Positions 41,233 through 49,982 of a stretch of 64,000 nt of DNA are shown here, piece by piece (within the stretch, counting starts at the first letter, position 1; each line of letters starts with the position of its first letter). Both the position numbers and the translations under genes were made by a program. Origin of the DNA: Alphaproteobacteria bacterium (GTDB lineage Bacteria > Pseudomonadota > Alphaproteobacteria > Rickettsiales > JABIRX01); assembly GCA_018667735.1 (NCBI GenBank), contig JABIRX010000042.1:1803-65802 (forward strand), in the 5' to 3' direction. The notes beneath the pieces are model-generated. The model had not been told where the DNA came from. It searched no databases and saw only the letters and a program-made list of their open reading frames with translations.

Positions 41233-42135
41233 ATGCGAATAGTTTTTATGGGTAGCCCCGAATTTGCAATACCAACATTGAGCACTCTTATAGACTCTAA
41301 ACATGAAGTTGTTGCTTGCTTTACCCAAGCGGCCAAGCCCAAAAATCGGGGTAAAAAAGCTAAAGCAACACCTGTGGAGGAGTTAGCTAGAGAGCATAAT
41401 ATAACCGTTTACACACCAAAAACTCTGCGCGATGACGAAATTGTAAAAACAATACAAGATCTACATGTAGATTTCATTGTGGTTGTCGCTTATGGCCTGA
41501 TTTTACCTGAAAATATTTTGAGCTTAGCTAAATATAGTGCCTTAAATTTACACCCCTCTGACCTACCTCAATTTAGAGGGGCTGCACCTTTGCAGCGCAC
41601 CATTATGTCTGGTGCAATTGAAAGTAAGATTTGTATTATAAAAATGTTAGCAGCACTAGATGCGGGGCCCATTTACACAGCTCAAGAACTTAATGTCGCT
41701 AAACTTAATTATGGTGAATTCCATGATTTAGCAGCAAATATTGGCGCCAAATTAATGCTTGAAGTTATTAATGACTTTTCTTGTTTAAAACCAGTTTCTC
41801 AAACAAGTCACAACATCTCTTATGCACATAAAATTTCTAAAACTGAAGCCTTGATCGACTTTACCCAAAATGGTACTGATATTTTAAATTTAATCAGGGC
41901 TCTTAGCCCTGTGCCTGGTGCTTACTTTTTGCATAAAGAACTACGCCTAAAAATATTTAGCGCAGAGTTTGAAATAACTACTCATAATGAACAAATTGGT
42001 AAAGTTAATGATGATTTCTCAATATACTGTAAAGATGGCTTAATCAAACCAAAAATTATACAAAAACCAGGAAAGAAACCAGTTCCTATTGCTGAGTTTT
42101 TACATGGTAATCAAAAACAAAATCATCAGGCTTAA
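41233..42135 (+). CDS. fmt: Methionyl-tRNA formyltransferase
   Basis: 300 aa. MRIVFMGSPEFAIPTL and NLHPSDLPQFRGAAPLQRTI. Confidence 0.95.
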   Translation: MRIVFMGSPEFAIPTLSTLIDSKHEVVACFTQAAKPKNRGKKAKATPVEELAREHNITVYTPKTLRDDEIVKTIQDLHVDFIVVVAYGLILPENILSLAKYSALNLHPSDLPQFRGAAPLQRTIMSGAIESKICIIKMLAALDAGPIYTAQELNVAKLNYGEFHDLAANIGAKLMLEVINDFSCLKPVSQTSHNISYAHKISKTEALIDFTQNGTDILNLIRALSPVPGAYFLHKELRLKIFSAEFEITTHNEQIGKVNDDFSIYCKDGLIKPKIIQKPGKKPVPIAEFLHGNQKQNHQA

Positions 42136-42149
42136 CTTTCATCCTTGCT

Positions 42150-42428
42150 TTATGCATCTTTTACGATGCTAAATTCTATGTAATTAGCTGGTTCTATTTT
42201 TAATATATCAAGCTGATTTACGGAGGCAAGATCTGGGCCAACTTTACACCAATTTAATAACTTCTGCAAGTCCTGATCTGCTCCATTTAATATAGCTTCT
42301 ACTCTGCCATCGCTTAAATTCCTTACAAAACCTGTAATATTATATTCTTTTGCTTTTTTCATCATGTGATAACGAAAGGCCACACCTTGAACCCTTCCAG
42401 CGATAAGTATTTGATAAGCACATCTCAT
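42150..42428 (-). CDS. acyP: Acylphosphatase
   Basis: GRVQGVAFRYHMMKKAKEYNITGFVRNLSDGRVEA signature. ATG at 42428; the track ORF begins at an upstream GTG (42443). Confidence 0.88.
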   Translation of the reverse strand: MRCAYQILIAGRVQGVAFRYHMMKKAKEYNITGFVRNLSDGRVEAILNGADQDLQKLLNWCKVGPDLASVNQLDILKIEPANYIEFSIVKDA

Positions 42429-42505
42429 TATATATGTTCTCACCTGCTAATGGTTATAATTATATTAGTGCAAATCTTCTGCTTCCATATTTTGAAATTG
42501 ATATT

Positions 42506-42534
42506 TTGACTAAACCCTAATTATTGCATATAAT
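42506..42534 (+). promoter_or_regulatory. Near-consensus sigma70 promoter upstream of the permease gene
   Basis: TTGACT (42506-42511), a 17-nt spacer, then TATAAT (42529-42534). The ATG is at 42569. Confidence 0.5.
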
Positions 42535-42568
42535 TAAATATACAGCAATGAAATACTAGGTTAAAAAT

Positions 42569-43531
42569 ATGTCTAGCTGCGCTTATAAAAAAAATGACTT
42601 TTTCTTCTTCTCTTTAGTTTTTGTTACCTTATTTAGCTATATATTAAGTTTTTTTATTGAGCTTACCTTTTTACTTTCTGTTAAAGAATTTCTACATATT
42701 GTGTGGCCCGCCCTCATTCTAGGCATGCTCTTTGTGAGCATTTTGCATTATATACCCAATCACTATATATATCGCCTGTTTGGTCATGGTGGTGTCTTTG
42801 GCATTTTTAGAGCTAGCTTTGCTGGTATTTTACTTGATTTATGCTCACATGGCATTTTAATGGTTGCAAATAAATTATATAAGAAAGGTCTATCTAATGG
42901 TCAGATTATTGCGTTTTTAATTGCATCTCCATGGAACAGCTTATCATTAAGCTTTATTTTAATTAGCTTAATTGGCCTTAAATGGACTATATTATTTATT
43001 ATTTTTTCCTTCATTATTGCCTTTGTTACGGGATGTATCTTTGATATTTTAACTAATTTTGGTTATCTTAATCAAAACCCATACAGCATTAATAATATAG
43101 TTGATGAAGATAAAAAAATAGAACAATTTAATTTTTTTAAAGCAATTAAGGTAGCGCTAATTGAAGCCAGAATACTTGTGAAATGGCTCTTTTTAGGCAT
43201 TTTATTAATTAGCCTGATGCGCGAATTCATAGACCCTAGTACTTTTTCAGCTGCCTTTGCCCCTACCCTAAAAGGTCTTTTTTTTACTGTTTTTATTGCC
43301 TCAATAATTGAAGTTTGTTCTGAAGGGTCCACCCCGATTGCTAGTGACATTTTTAATTATTCCAATGCTAAAGGTAATAGCTTTGCTTTTTTAATGGCTG
43401 GTGCCGCAACCGATTACACTGAGATTATGCTGTTAAAAGAAACAACCAAATCATGGCGCTTTGCCCTTTTTATTCCGCTTATTTCTCTGCCTCAAATTAT
43501 CTTAATTTCATATTTTTTTAATCTTGCATAG
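42569..43531 (+). CDS. Predicted permease (COG0701 / ArsP_1-like, two-repeat membrane protein)
   Basis: 320 aa, about 8-10 TM segments. Duplicated Cys-containing motifs (LLDLCSHGILMVA...AFLIASPWNS and IIEVCSEGSTPIASDI...AFLMAGAATD) are typical of this family. Confidence 0.75.
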   Translation: MSSCAYKKNDFFFFSLVFVTLFSYILSFFIELTFLLSVKEFLHIVWPALILGMLFVSILHYIPNHYIYRLFGHGGVFGIFRASFAGILLDLCSHGILMVANKLYKKGLSNGQIIAFLIASPWNSLSLSFILISLIGLKWTILFIIFSFIIAFVTGCIFDILTNFGYLNQNPYSINNIVDEDKKIEQFNFFKAIKVALIEARILVKWLFLGILLISLMREFIDPSTFSAAFAPTLKGLFFTVFIASIIEVCSEGSTPIASDIFNYSNAKGNSFAFLMAGAATDYTEIMLLKETTKSWRFALFIPLISLPQIILISYFFNLA

Positions 43532-44243
43532 AAGGCAAAATTGCAACTTTTGACCAATAATCTAAAATTAATGCTATTTTTTCATTAAATTCTGTAATTT
43601 TAAAAGATTTACTTACATAACCACTTGCATTTAATTTATAGCTATCTTCCATATCATCTGGGTTAATACTGTTAGTTAAAATCACCACTGGTATATGCTG
43701 CATTGTTCGATCTCTTTTTATCTCCTTCAAAACCTCTAAGCCATTTCTTTTTGGTATATTAATATCTAATAAAATAATATCTGTGCCAAGAAAGGGCATT
43801 TCCTCTTGTTTTTTTAAGTATTTTAATGCTTGGCTACCATCATGCACCACAAAAACCCTAGCATCTACTTTGCTTTCCGTTATAGCATCTCTAGTTAGCA
43901 TTTCATCTACCGGATTATCTTCAACAACAAGAATATTTATGGGTCTTACTCGTTCAATTTGTAAATATTGTTTATGTTTTTTTTCACTAAGTAATAAATT
44001 TGCACCATCAAAAAAATAGTCTGGTGTTACTTTTAGCGCTTTTGCTAATAAAAATAACCTACCTGCTGGAATCTTGTTTTCTCCTCTTTCATATTTCTGG
44101 ATTTGTTGATACGATATATCAAGTAGAGCAGAGAGTTCTTTCTGTGACAAAGATAGTGACTCTCTCCGTTTTTTTAGCTTTTTACCCACTAATATATCAA
44201 GTTTACTGTGCTGTGCCTCTGATTTTTTTATAATATTTTTCAT
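43518..44243 (-). CDS. Response regulator with N-terminal XRE-type HTH and C-terminal receiver (REC) domain
   Basis: 241 aa. N-terminus LVGKKLKKRRESLSLSQKELSALLDISYQQIQKYERGENKIPAGRLFLLAKALKVTPDYFF is an HTH_3 domain. C-terminal REC has all key residues: ILVVEDNPVDE, phospho-acceptor in IILLDINIP, PVVILTNS and GYVSKS. Confidence 0.85.
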   Translation of the reverse strand: MKNIIKKSEAQHSKLDILVGKKLKKRRESLSLSQKELSALLDISYQQIQKYERGENKIPAGRLFLLAKALKVTPDYFFDGANLLLSEKKHKQYLQIERVRPINILVVEDNPVDEMLTRDAITESKVDARVFVVHDGSQALKYLKKQEEMPFLGTDIILLDINIPKRNGLEVLKEIKRDRTMQHIPVVILTNSINPDDMEDSYKLNASGYVSKSFKITEFNEKIALILDYWSKVAILPSMQD

Positions 44244-44295
44244 AAAAAAACCTTAACCCCAACATTGCTTGCTTGTCAAGCATCTCTCTATTTTT

Positions 44296-45663
44296 TTAAA
44301 TTCTCTTTGTTTGTTGCATCTCTATTATTTCTATCATTAAGGCAGCTAAATCTATTCCCGTTATGGACTCTACACCCTCTAAGCCAGGCGATGAATTTAC
44401 CTCTAAAACTTTTGGTCCATTCTTTGAGCGAACTATGTCAACGCCAGCAACTTTTAGGTCCATTGCTTTAGCTGCATTAATAGCTGTCTTCTTTTCTGCG
44501 CTACTTAACTTTACCAAACCAGCGCTCCCACCTAAATGTAAATTCGCCCTAAATTCTCCAGGTGCGGCAACACGCTCTATTGCGGCTACAACTTTATTAC
44601 CAATTACAAAACACCTAACATCTCGGCCTTCCGCTTCTTTAACAAATTCTTGTACCAAAATATTAGCTTTTAGTGACTTAAAGGCACTAATAACACTTTC
44701 TGCTGCTTTATTAGTCTCAGCTAATACAACGCCCTTGCCTTGCGTTCCTTCTAATAATTTAATTACCAAAGGAGCACCACCTACCATCTTTATTAGCTCT
44801 TTTGTATCTATAGGAGAGTTTGCAAAGCTTGTAGTAGGCAAGTTAATCTTGTTATTGGATAAGATTTGTAAAGAGCGTAATTTGTCTCTTGACCGCGAAA
44901 TTGCTACTGAACTATTTAAGCTAAACACACTTAATGATTCAAATTGCCTAATAACAGAGGTTCCATAAAAAGTCATAGATGGTTTTATCCTTGGGATTAT
45001 AGCGTCTATATTATCTAGCCTCTTACCCCCTCTATAATATACCGTTTGGTTGTTTGAGCTTATATCCATATAGCAATGCTTTACATTAACAAAGCTTATA
45101 TCATGGCCTCTTTGCTTACCCGCCTCCATTATTCTTTTATTAGAGTAAAGGTCCGCATTACTAGCTAGCAATACTATCTTAAGGCCTTTTTTTTCTATTG
45201 TGCTTTTTTTATAAAAACTCATTATTTCTTTGTCACTCTTTTCTCCTTGGTAAAATGACTTATTTGGGTTGATCAGTATTTTATCATGCATGGCTTCTCT
45301 ACCAAGCAACATCCTGTAATCCATAGAATCTCTATTGGTTAGAGTTACTTCTATTTCAAAAGTATCTTTACCTAGTAACAGATTTGTTTTTATTACAAAG
45401 CGATTTTCTGCTTCACCACTAGAGCTTTTTACTAATCTACGTCCTATTAATTCTGCCTTGCAGCGCTTTACTATATTTCTGTTACCGCGCACTGGTTGCA
45501 CATCAAAAACAACATATTTTTTACTATCTTCTTCATATGGTGTAATATTTAAAGCATGCAAAGATGAAGTTTTTGCACCACTATCTATTCTTGCCTTGAT
45601 AACAGGTAACCCCAACAAAGGTAAGCCCAACCACTCTTCTTTTCCAATTATTATTTGTTCCAT
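44296..45663 (-). CDS. rimK: Fusion protein: retropepsin-like 'ATP-dependent zinc protease' domain (PF05618/DUF785, RimB-like) + RimK-family ATP-grasp alpha-L-glutamate ligase
   Basis: 455 aa. The N-terminal 140 aa ([36 protein letters not shown]...[19 protein letters not shown]) match the PF05618 pattern. The remainder is a RimK-type ATP-grasp (LKIVLLAS...[17 protein letters not shown]...[26 protein letters not shown]). Confidence 0.85.
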   Translation of the reverse strand: MEQIIIGKEEWLGLPLLGLPVIKARIDSGAKTSSLHALNITPYEEDSKKYVVFDVQPVRGNRNIVKRCKAELIGRRLVKSSSGEAENRFVIKTNLLLGKDTFEIEVTLTNRDSMDYRMLLGREAMHDKILINPNKSFYQGEKSDKEIMSFYKKSTIEKKGLKIVLLASNADLYSNKRIMEAGKQRGHDISFVNVKHCYMDISSNNQTVYYRGGKRLDNIDAIIPRIKPSMTFYGTSVIRQFESLSVFSLNSSVAISRSRDKLRSLQILSNNKINLPTTSFANSPIDTKELIKMVGGAPLVIKLLEGTQGKGVVLAETNKAAESVISAFKSLKANILVQEFVKEAEGRDVRCFVIGNKVVAAIERVAAPGEFRANLHLGGSAGLVKLSSAEKKTAINAAKAMDLKVAGVDIVRSKNGPKVLEVNSSPGLEGVESITGIDLAALMIEIIEMQQTKRI

Positions 45664-45724
45664 TTTTGAATTTTAATATGTGAGATTGCCTTTTTATATT
45701 CTTAAATTTAAAAATCTATATATT

Positions 45725-47941
45725 TTAGAAATCTTGAGTAAGTTTTATTAAAAATCCATATTCTTTAGTTTCTTTTTTGCCTTTTTCTTTATATAAAATA
45801 TTAAAATTTAAATTACCTTTTCTTAGCTCCTTAGCATAATATAGTTCTAAATTTTTTGCAGTTTTTGCCCCATTTAAAGCAACTACTTTATTTTTCCTAA
45901 TAATATTTCCAGCACTATCTATAGAGCTTGCATAATTAAGATTTATTGCTCCTTTAGTCACTTTTAAAGGCTCTTTATAAAACAACCCTATTTTAGTAGT
46001 TTTGTTTAGCTTTTTTGCTATACCCAACTTAAATTCTCTGCTATAAATGTCACTTACCTCAGAGATTAATGAGTTTTTTGCCACTTTTACAGAAGATTTA
46101 GCAAAAAACCCTTGTGCCTGTAGCTCTATTTTACCTATAAATTTTTTAATGCTCATTTCTACATGCTGCATATTATCATTTTGCATTGCAAAGGCGCCAC
46201 TTGTCTTGTTGTTCAATAATTTATTTTCCTGCTCTTTTATTATACCGTAGCTCAATCTAATATTTAAACCATCATGTTGGTAGGATGCTCCAAGACCTAA
46301 ATTGTGATTTCTAGTTTTTCTGTTAAAATCATAGATATTAATATAATTATTTAAGGAAAACTTATCATTTAATTTTCTAGAAAAGCTAAAAGATGGATTT
46401 ATAGCGCTATTTTTGCTTGCAAATGACAAAGCTGTATTTTTGTCAAAATCTATTAAACTAAAATCTTTGCTCTCTTGGTTAAAGTTATTTTCCTTATTAA
46501 AAGCCAGCGATATTTTCTGTTTAGTAAAATTCTTATTTAAACTAAAAGACAAATCTTTAAAATCCGAGACTTGCTGCTCCTTATAATTTAAGCTTAACCC
46601 CCTAAATGAAACAGATTTTGTTTTTGCTATATTTTCAATAGCTAAACCTTCCGCTATCTTGTGGCTCTCACTGTAAGAAATATTACTACTTAAATCTAAG
46701 GCATAATCTCTACCATATTTATCTATTGCTATAGCGTCAGATAAATTGCTTGATAAGCTCTCTAGCTCAGAAAATGTTGAATTAAGTATTAATCTTGTGC
46801 TTGCTAAATCATAGCCTGTTGCCTTCTTATCTATGTGCTCTGCAGAACTTATGGTTAATCCTCCCCTTGCTAATAAGGCATTTTCTAAATTTAATATGCC
46901 TCTGCCATATATTTCATTGGCATAATCTTCCTTTTGCTCTGCTAATAAATTGCCTTCCTCATCAACTTTAATGGCTGAATTTAGTAATATTTCTGAGATT
47001 TGGGTTGCGCTTAGGTGGCTCCAGGCTCCTTTTAATATTGCTGCTGCACCACTAACATGAGGAGCGGCCATAGAGGTGCCAGACATATTTCTATATTTAT
47101 TATTCTCAACAGAGGAATAAATAGCGGAGCCTGGCGCGGCCAAACAATTATTTTTAGCTATTCCACATTTATTGGAAAAACCTGAAATTTTCATATCTTT
47201 GTCAAGCGAAGAGACTGCTATTAATCTTCCATAAAAATTACTCTTTGCCGCAAATTGCGCCGGGTATACTGGGTTATCTTCTGCATTATTGCCTGCCGCC
47301 GCTACTAACAAAACCTCACTATTGGTAATCGTATCTGTTAAGATCTCTAAAGCTAGCCCAGCCTGATTATCATTTGCTAAAGACCAGCTTAAATTTGCTA
47401 TATCTGCATCTGAACTAACCAATTTATTAAAACCTAAATTGCTATTTTGGCTTGTTGCTATAGATAATATTTTCGCATCATATGCAAGTCCATGTATTTC
47501 GTTATCATCTTTGCTAGATGCTATAATGCCAGCTATATGTGTTGCATGATCAGATTGCTCAATAAAGCCAGAATCTATACTAGTATTTTGTTCTAACTCT
47601 GTATGGCTTATATCTACATGAGACTGATCTAATACTGCTACCACTACACCTGCTCCAGCTATATTTTTATTATTTAAGGCTAAAATAGCGTATGCCTCTT
47701 TAGCATTTACGGCGTCTAAACCCCAATTTGACTTATACTCAACTGAATTGAAGGTTTCTTTTTTTTCTGTTATTTCTCTTGAAAGAATAAGCAGATCTGC
47801 AGAGCTGGTAACTATTTGAGCATCTTGATTGTCTGTAGAGCCACCACCTCCTCCACACGAAGATAATAACGCTATCAATAGCGCTACAGAGCTCATTTTT
47901 GCATATACTACCCCCTTAGAGGCTATATTAATAGCGCCCAT
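45725..47941 (-). CDS. Subtilisin-like (S8) serine protease autotransporter with lipoprotein signal (NalP/SphB1-like architecture)
   Basis: 738 aa. Lipobox ALLSSC followed by GGGGGS. Catalytic Asp (VAVLDQS), His (DHATHIAGII), oxyanion Asn (AAAGNN) and Ser (GTSMAAPHVSGAAAIL). The C-terminal roughly 270 aa has an alternating beta-strand pattern ending ..LTQDF, consistent with an autotransporter barrel. Confidence 0.85.
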   Translation of the reverse strand: MGAINIASKGVVYAKMSSVALLIALLSSCGGGGGSTDNQDAQIVTSSADLLILSREITEKKETFNSVEYKSNWGLDAVNAKEAYAILALNNKNIAGAGVVVAVLDQSHVDISHTELEQNTSIDSGFIEQSDHATHIAGIIASSKDDNEIHGLAYDAKILSIATSQNSNLGFNKLVSSDADIANLSWSLANDNQAGLALEILTDTITNSEVLLVAAAGNNAEDNPVYPAQFAAKSNFYGRLIAVSSLDKDMKISGFSNKCGIAKNNCLAAPGSAIYSSVENNKYRNMSGTSMAAPHVSGAAAILKGAWSHLSATQISEILLNSAIKVDEEGNLLAEQKEDYANEIYGRGILNLENALLARGGLTISSAEHIDKKATGYDLASTRLILNSTFSELESLSSNLSDAIAIDKYGRDYALDLSSNISYSESHKIAEGLAIENIAKTKSVSFRGLSLNYKEQQVSDFKDLSFSLNKNFTKQKISLAFNKENNFNQESKDFSLIDFDKNTALSFASKNSAINPSFSFSRKLNDKFSLNNYINIYDFNRKTRNHNLGLGASYQHDGLNIRLSYGIIKEQENKLLNNKTSGAFAMQNDNMQHVEMSIKKFIGKIELQAQGFFAKSSVKVAKNSLISEVSDIYSREFKLGIAKKLNKTTKIGLFYKEPLKVTKGAINLNYASSIDSAGNIIRKNKVVALNGAKTAKNLELYYAKELRKGNLNFNILYKEKGKKETKEYGFLIKLTQDF

Positions 47942-47965
47942 ACCCAGTCCTTTTAAGTTTGAACT

Positions 47966-47974
47966 ATTATAGCA
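47966..47974 (-). promoter_or_regulatory. Extended -10 promoter element upstream of the subtilase autotransporter
   Basis: Minus strand reads TGcTATAAT about 25 nt upstream of the ATG at 47941. There is no good -35. Confidence 0.4.
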
Positions 47975-48056
47975 TAATTTTAGCCTCTAAAAAAGCCTTT
48001 TTTTTATTTTTTTTAGCTATATGTTTTAAACACCTACTTAATCTATAAATTTTACT

Positions 48057-48491
48057 ATGCATTTTCTTATTATTACCGCTAATTTTTATCAAAACTTAGC
48101 TGATGAGCTTACTAAAGGGGCTGTCGAAGTTTTAGAAAATCAACAGCACAACTATCATAAAATTACTGTTCCTGGCTCTTTAGAAATTCCTTCTATAGTA
48201 AGTTATGCTGTAGATCTTGACTTATATGATGGTTTTATTGCATTGGGCTGTATTATTAGGGGCGAAACTATACATCACGAAATAGTTGCTAAAGAATCCA
48301 CCAGAAGTTTAAATGAGCTTGCAGTTAACATGAATTTAGCTATAGGAAATGGTATAATTTCTGCTGAAAATAGAGACCAGGCTATAGATAGAGCCTATAG
48401 AACAAAAAGAAACAAAGGTGCTGCGGCCGCTATAACCGCTATTAAAATGGCGAAAATACGGGATAAGTTTCAAGGAATGTTAAATAATTAA
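48057..48491 (+). CDS. ribH: 6,7-dimethyl-8-ribityllumazine synthase
   Basis: 144 aa. FLIITANFYQNLADEL...VPGSLEIP...ALGCIIRGETIHHE, followed by nusB in the classical ribH-nusB pair. Confidence 0.92.
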   Translation: MHFLIITANFYQNLADELTKGAVEVLENQQHNYHKITVPGSLEIPSIVSYAVDLDLYDGFIALGCIIRGETIHHEIVAKESTRSLNELAVNMNLAIGNGIISAENRDQAIDRAYRTKRNKGAAAAITAIKMAKIRDKFQGMLNN

Positions 48492-48553
48492 GCTATTTTT
48501 CTTTATTTTAACTAAATTTAGTTTATTTCTTAATGCAAATATTAAAATAATAA

Positions 48554-49036
48554 ATGGAAAAATTTTACGGTGTAAATAGAGGGATCTCTTATATGAGAAG
48601 GTCTCGAATAGCTGCTTTTCAAATTCTTTTTCAAATAGAGTTTTATAAACATACCAAACCCTTAGAGAAGATACAGACTGAGCTTTATGCTTTATATGAG
48701 CATGATTATAAAGATGTGGAAGATAAAAAACATGACACTCCTTTAAATTTTGAGCTAATTGAAAATATTCTACCTACAGCTATAGAAAAAAAAGCTGATA
48801 TAGAAGAAGCTTTAGAACCATTACTAAGTGATAGCTGGAAATTAGAAGAATTATCGCTCAATATAAGCTTAATCTTAAGGCTTGCTATTGCAGAAATCAT
48901 GCAAACAAAAACAGACTTGCCCGTAATTATAAATGAATATATTGAAATTACTAAATTATACGAAAATAGCAGGGACGCTAAATTTGTTAATTCTGTTGTT
49001 GAAGCCATTGGTAAGTCATTAAGAAAGCATGGATGA
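48554..49036 (+). CDS. nusB: Transcription antitermination factor NusB
   Basis: 160 aa. RRSRIAAFQILFQIEF and C-terminal helices (FVNSVVEAIGKSL). The position after ribH supports the call. The start may be the internal Met at 48593. Confidence 0.85.
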   Translation: MEKFYGVNRGISYMRRSRIAAFQILFQIEFYKHTKPLEKIQTELYALYEHDYKDVEDKKHDTPLNFELIENILPTAIEKKADIEEALEPLLSDSWKLEELSLNISLILRLAIAEIMQTKTDLPVIINEYIEITKLYENSRDAKFVNSVVEAIGKSLRKHG

Positions 49037-49982
49037 ATTTTCTTTTATTAGAAATTATTTAGCGCCACTTGCTGGCTTCGGCTCTCTCTCTTTAGGCGAT
49101 GATATAGCCTTACTTGATAATAAACATGATTATGGCTTTTCAACTGACACAATGGTTGAAAATGTTCATTTTTTACCTAATATTAAGCCAAAAAGTCTTG
49201 CTCTTAGATTAATTAGCACAGCAACTTCTGACCTTATTGCTAAAGCACTTACTCCTAAGTTTTATAGCTTAAATTTAACTCTAGGCAAAAAATATGATAA
49301 GGCTTGGTTAGCAGAGTTTGCATCTGGCTTAAAGGAGGCTCAGCAATATTATAATATGTCTTTATTAGGTGGAGATACCACAGCTAATGCAAATGATATT
49401 GTATTAAGTGCTACGGTTTTTGGTGTTATAAAAGAAAAGGTAATTTTAAGGTCTGGGGCTTTTATTGGCGATGATATTTGGGTTACTAGGAATATAGGGG
49501 ATAGTTTTCTTGGCTTAGAAATAGCCAAAAAAAACTTAATCGTAAAAAGTGATTATTTGCTAAAAAAATATTTAGAACCTTTATGTCTTAATAATTTACA
49601 AGATTTATTATTAAAACACGCTACTGCTGCTCTAGATATTTCCGATGGTTTAATTCAAGATTTGAAACATTTATGTAATTCTTCTAATTGTGGCGCAAAT
49701 ATAGAGTATAACGCCATACCATTAAGTAAAATAGCTAAAGAAATACTTAATAATTATCCGAAATATAAGGAAAAAATTATTAATTCTGGTGATGATTATG
49801 AAGTTTTATTTACTGCTAATCATGCTGCCAAAGAGGATATTTTACTATTTAGCAAAAAAAATCAAATAAAAATCACTCACATTGGAAAGATAATAAAAGA
49901 TAAAGATATTAATTTATTTGATGAAAATAATTCTCTCATAAATATAACAAATACTGGTTTTAAACATTTTGCATTAAGTTAA
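49029..49982 (+). CDS. thiL: Thiamine-monophosphate kinase
   Basis: 317 aa. AIR-synthase-like fold with GDDIALL, LLGGDTT and GDDYEVLFT. Confidence 0.9.
   Translation: MDEFSFIRNYLAPLAGFGSLSLGDDIALLDNKHDYGFSTDTMVENVHFLPNIKPKSLALRLISTATSDLIAKALTPKFYSLNLTLGKKYDKAWLAEFASGLKEAQQYYNMSLLGGDTTANANDIVLSATVFGVIKEKVILRSGAFIGDDIWVTRNIGDSFLGLEIAKKNLIVKSDYLLKKYLEPLCLNNLQDLLLKHATAALDISDGLIQDLKHLCNSSNCGANIEYNAIPLSKIAKEILNNYPKYKEKIINSGDDYEVLFTANHAAKEDILLFSKKNQIKITHIGKIIKDKDINLFDENNSLINITNTGFKHFALS

Noticed and set aside
44363-44968. 201-aa plus-strand ORF inside the rimK fusion gene, plus 45335-45676.
   Set aside because: It is antisense to a clearly homologous ATP-grasp domain, and no domain signature is present.
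47942-48056. Checked for an FMN riboswitch upstream of ribH and a TPP riboswitch upstream of thiL.
   Set aside because: The spacers are too short (115 bp, and thiL overlaps nusB) and lack the conserved riboswitch cores.
48492-48553. Perfect 14-bp palindrome AACTAAATTTAGTT after ribH as a possible terminator or operator.
   Set aside because: It is pure A/T apart from one C/G pair and leaves no loop when folded. Such palindromes are expected by chance in this AT-rich DNA.
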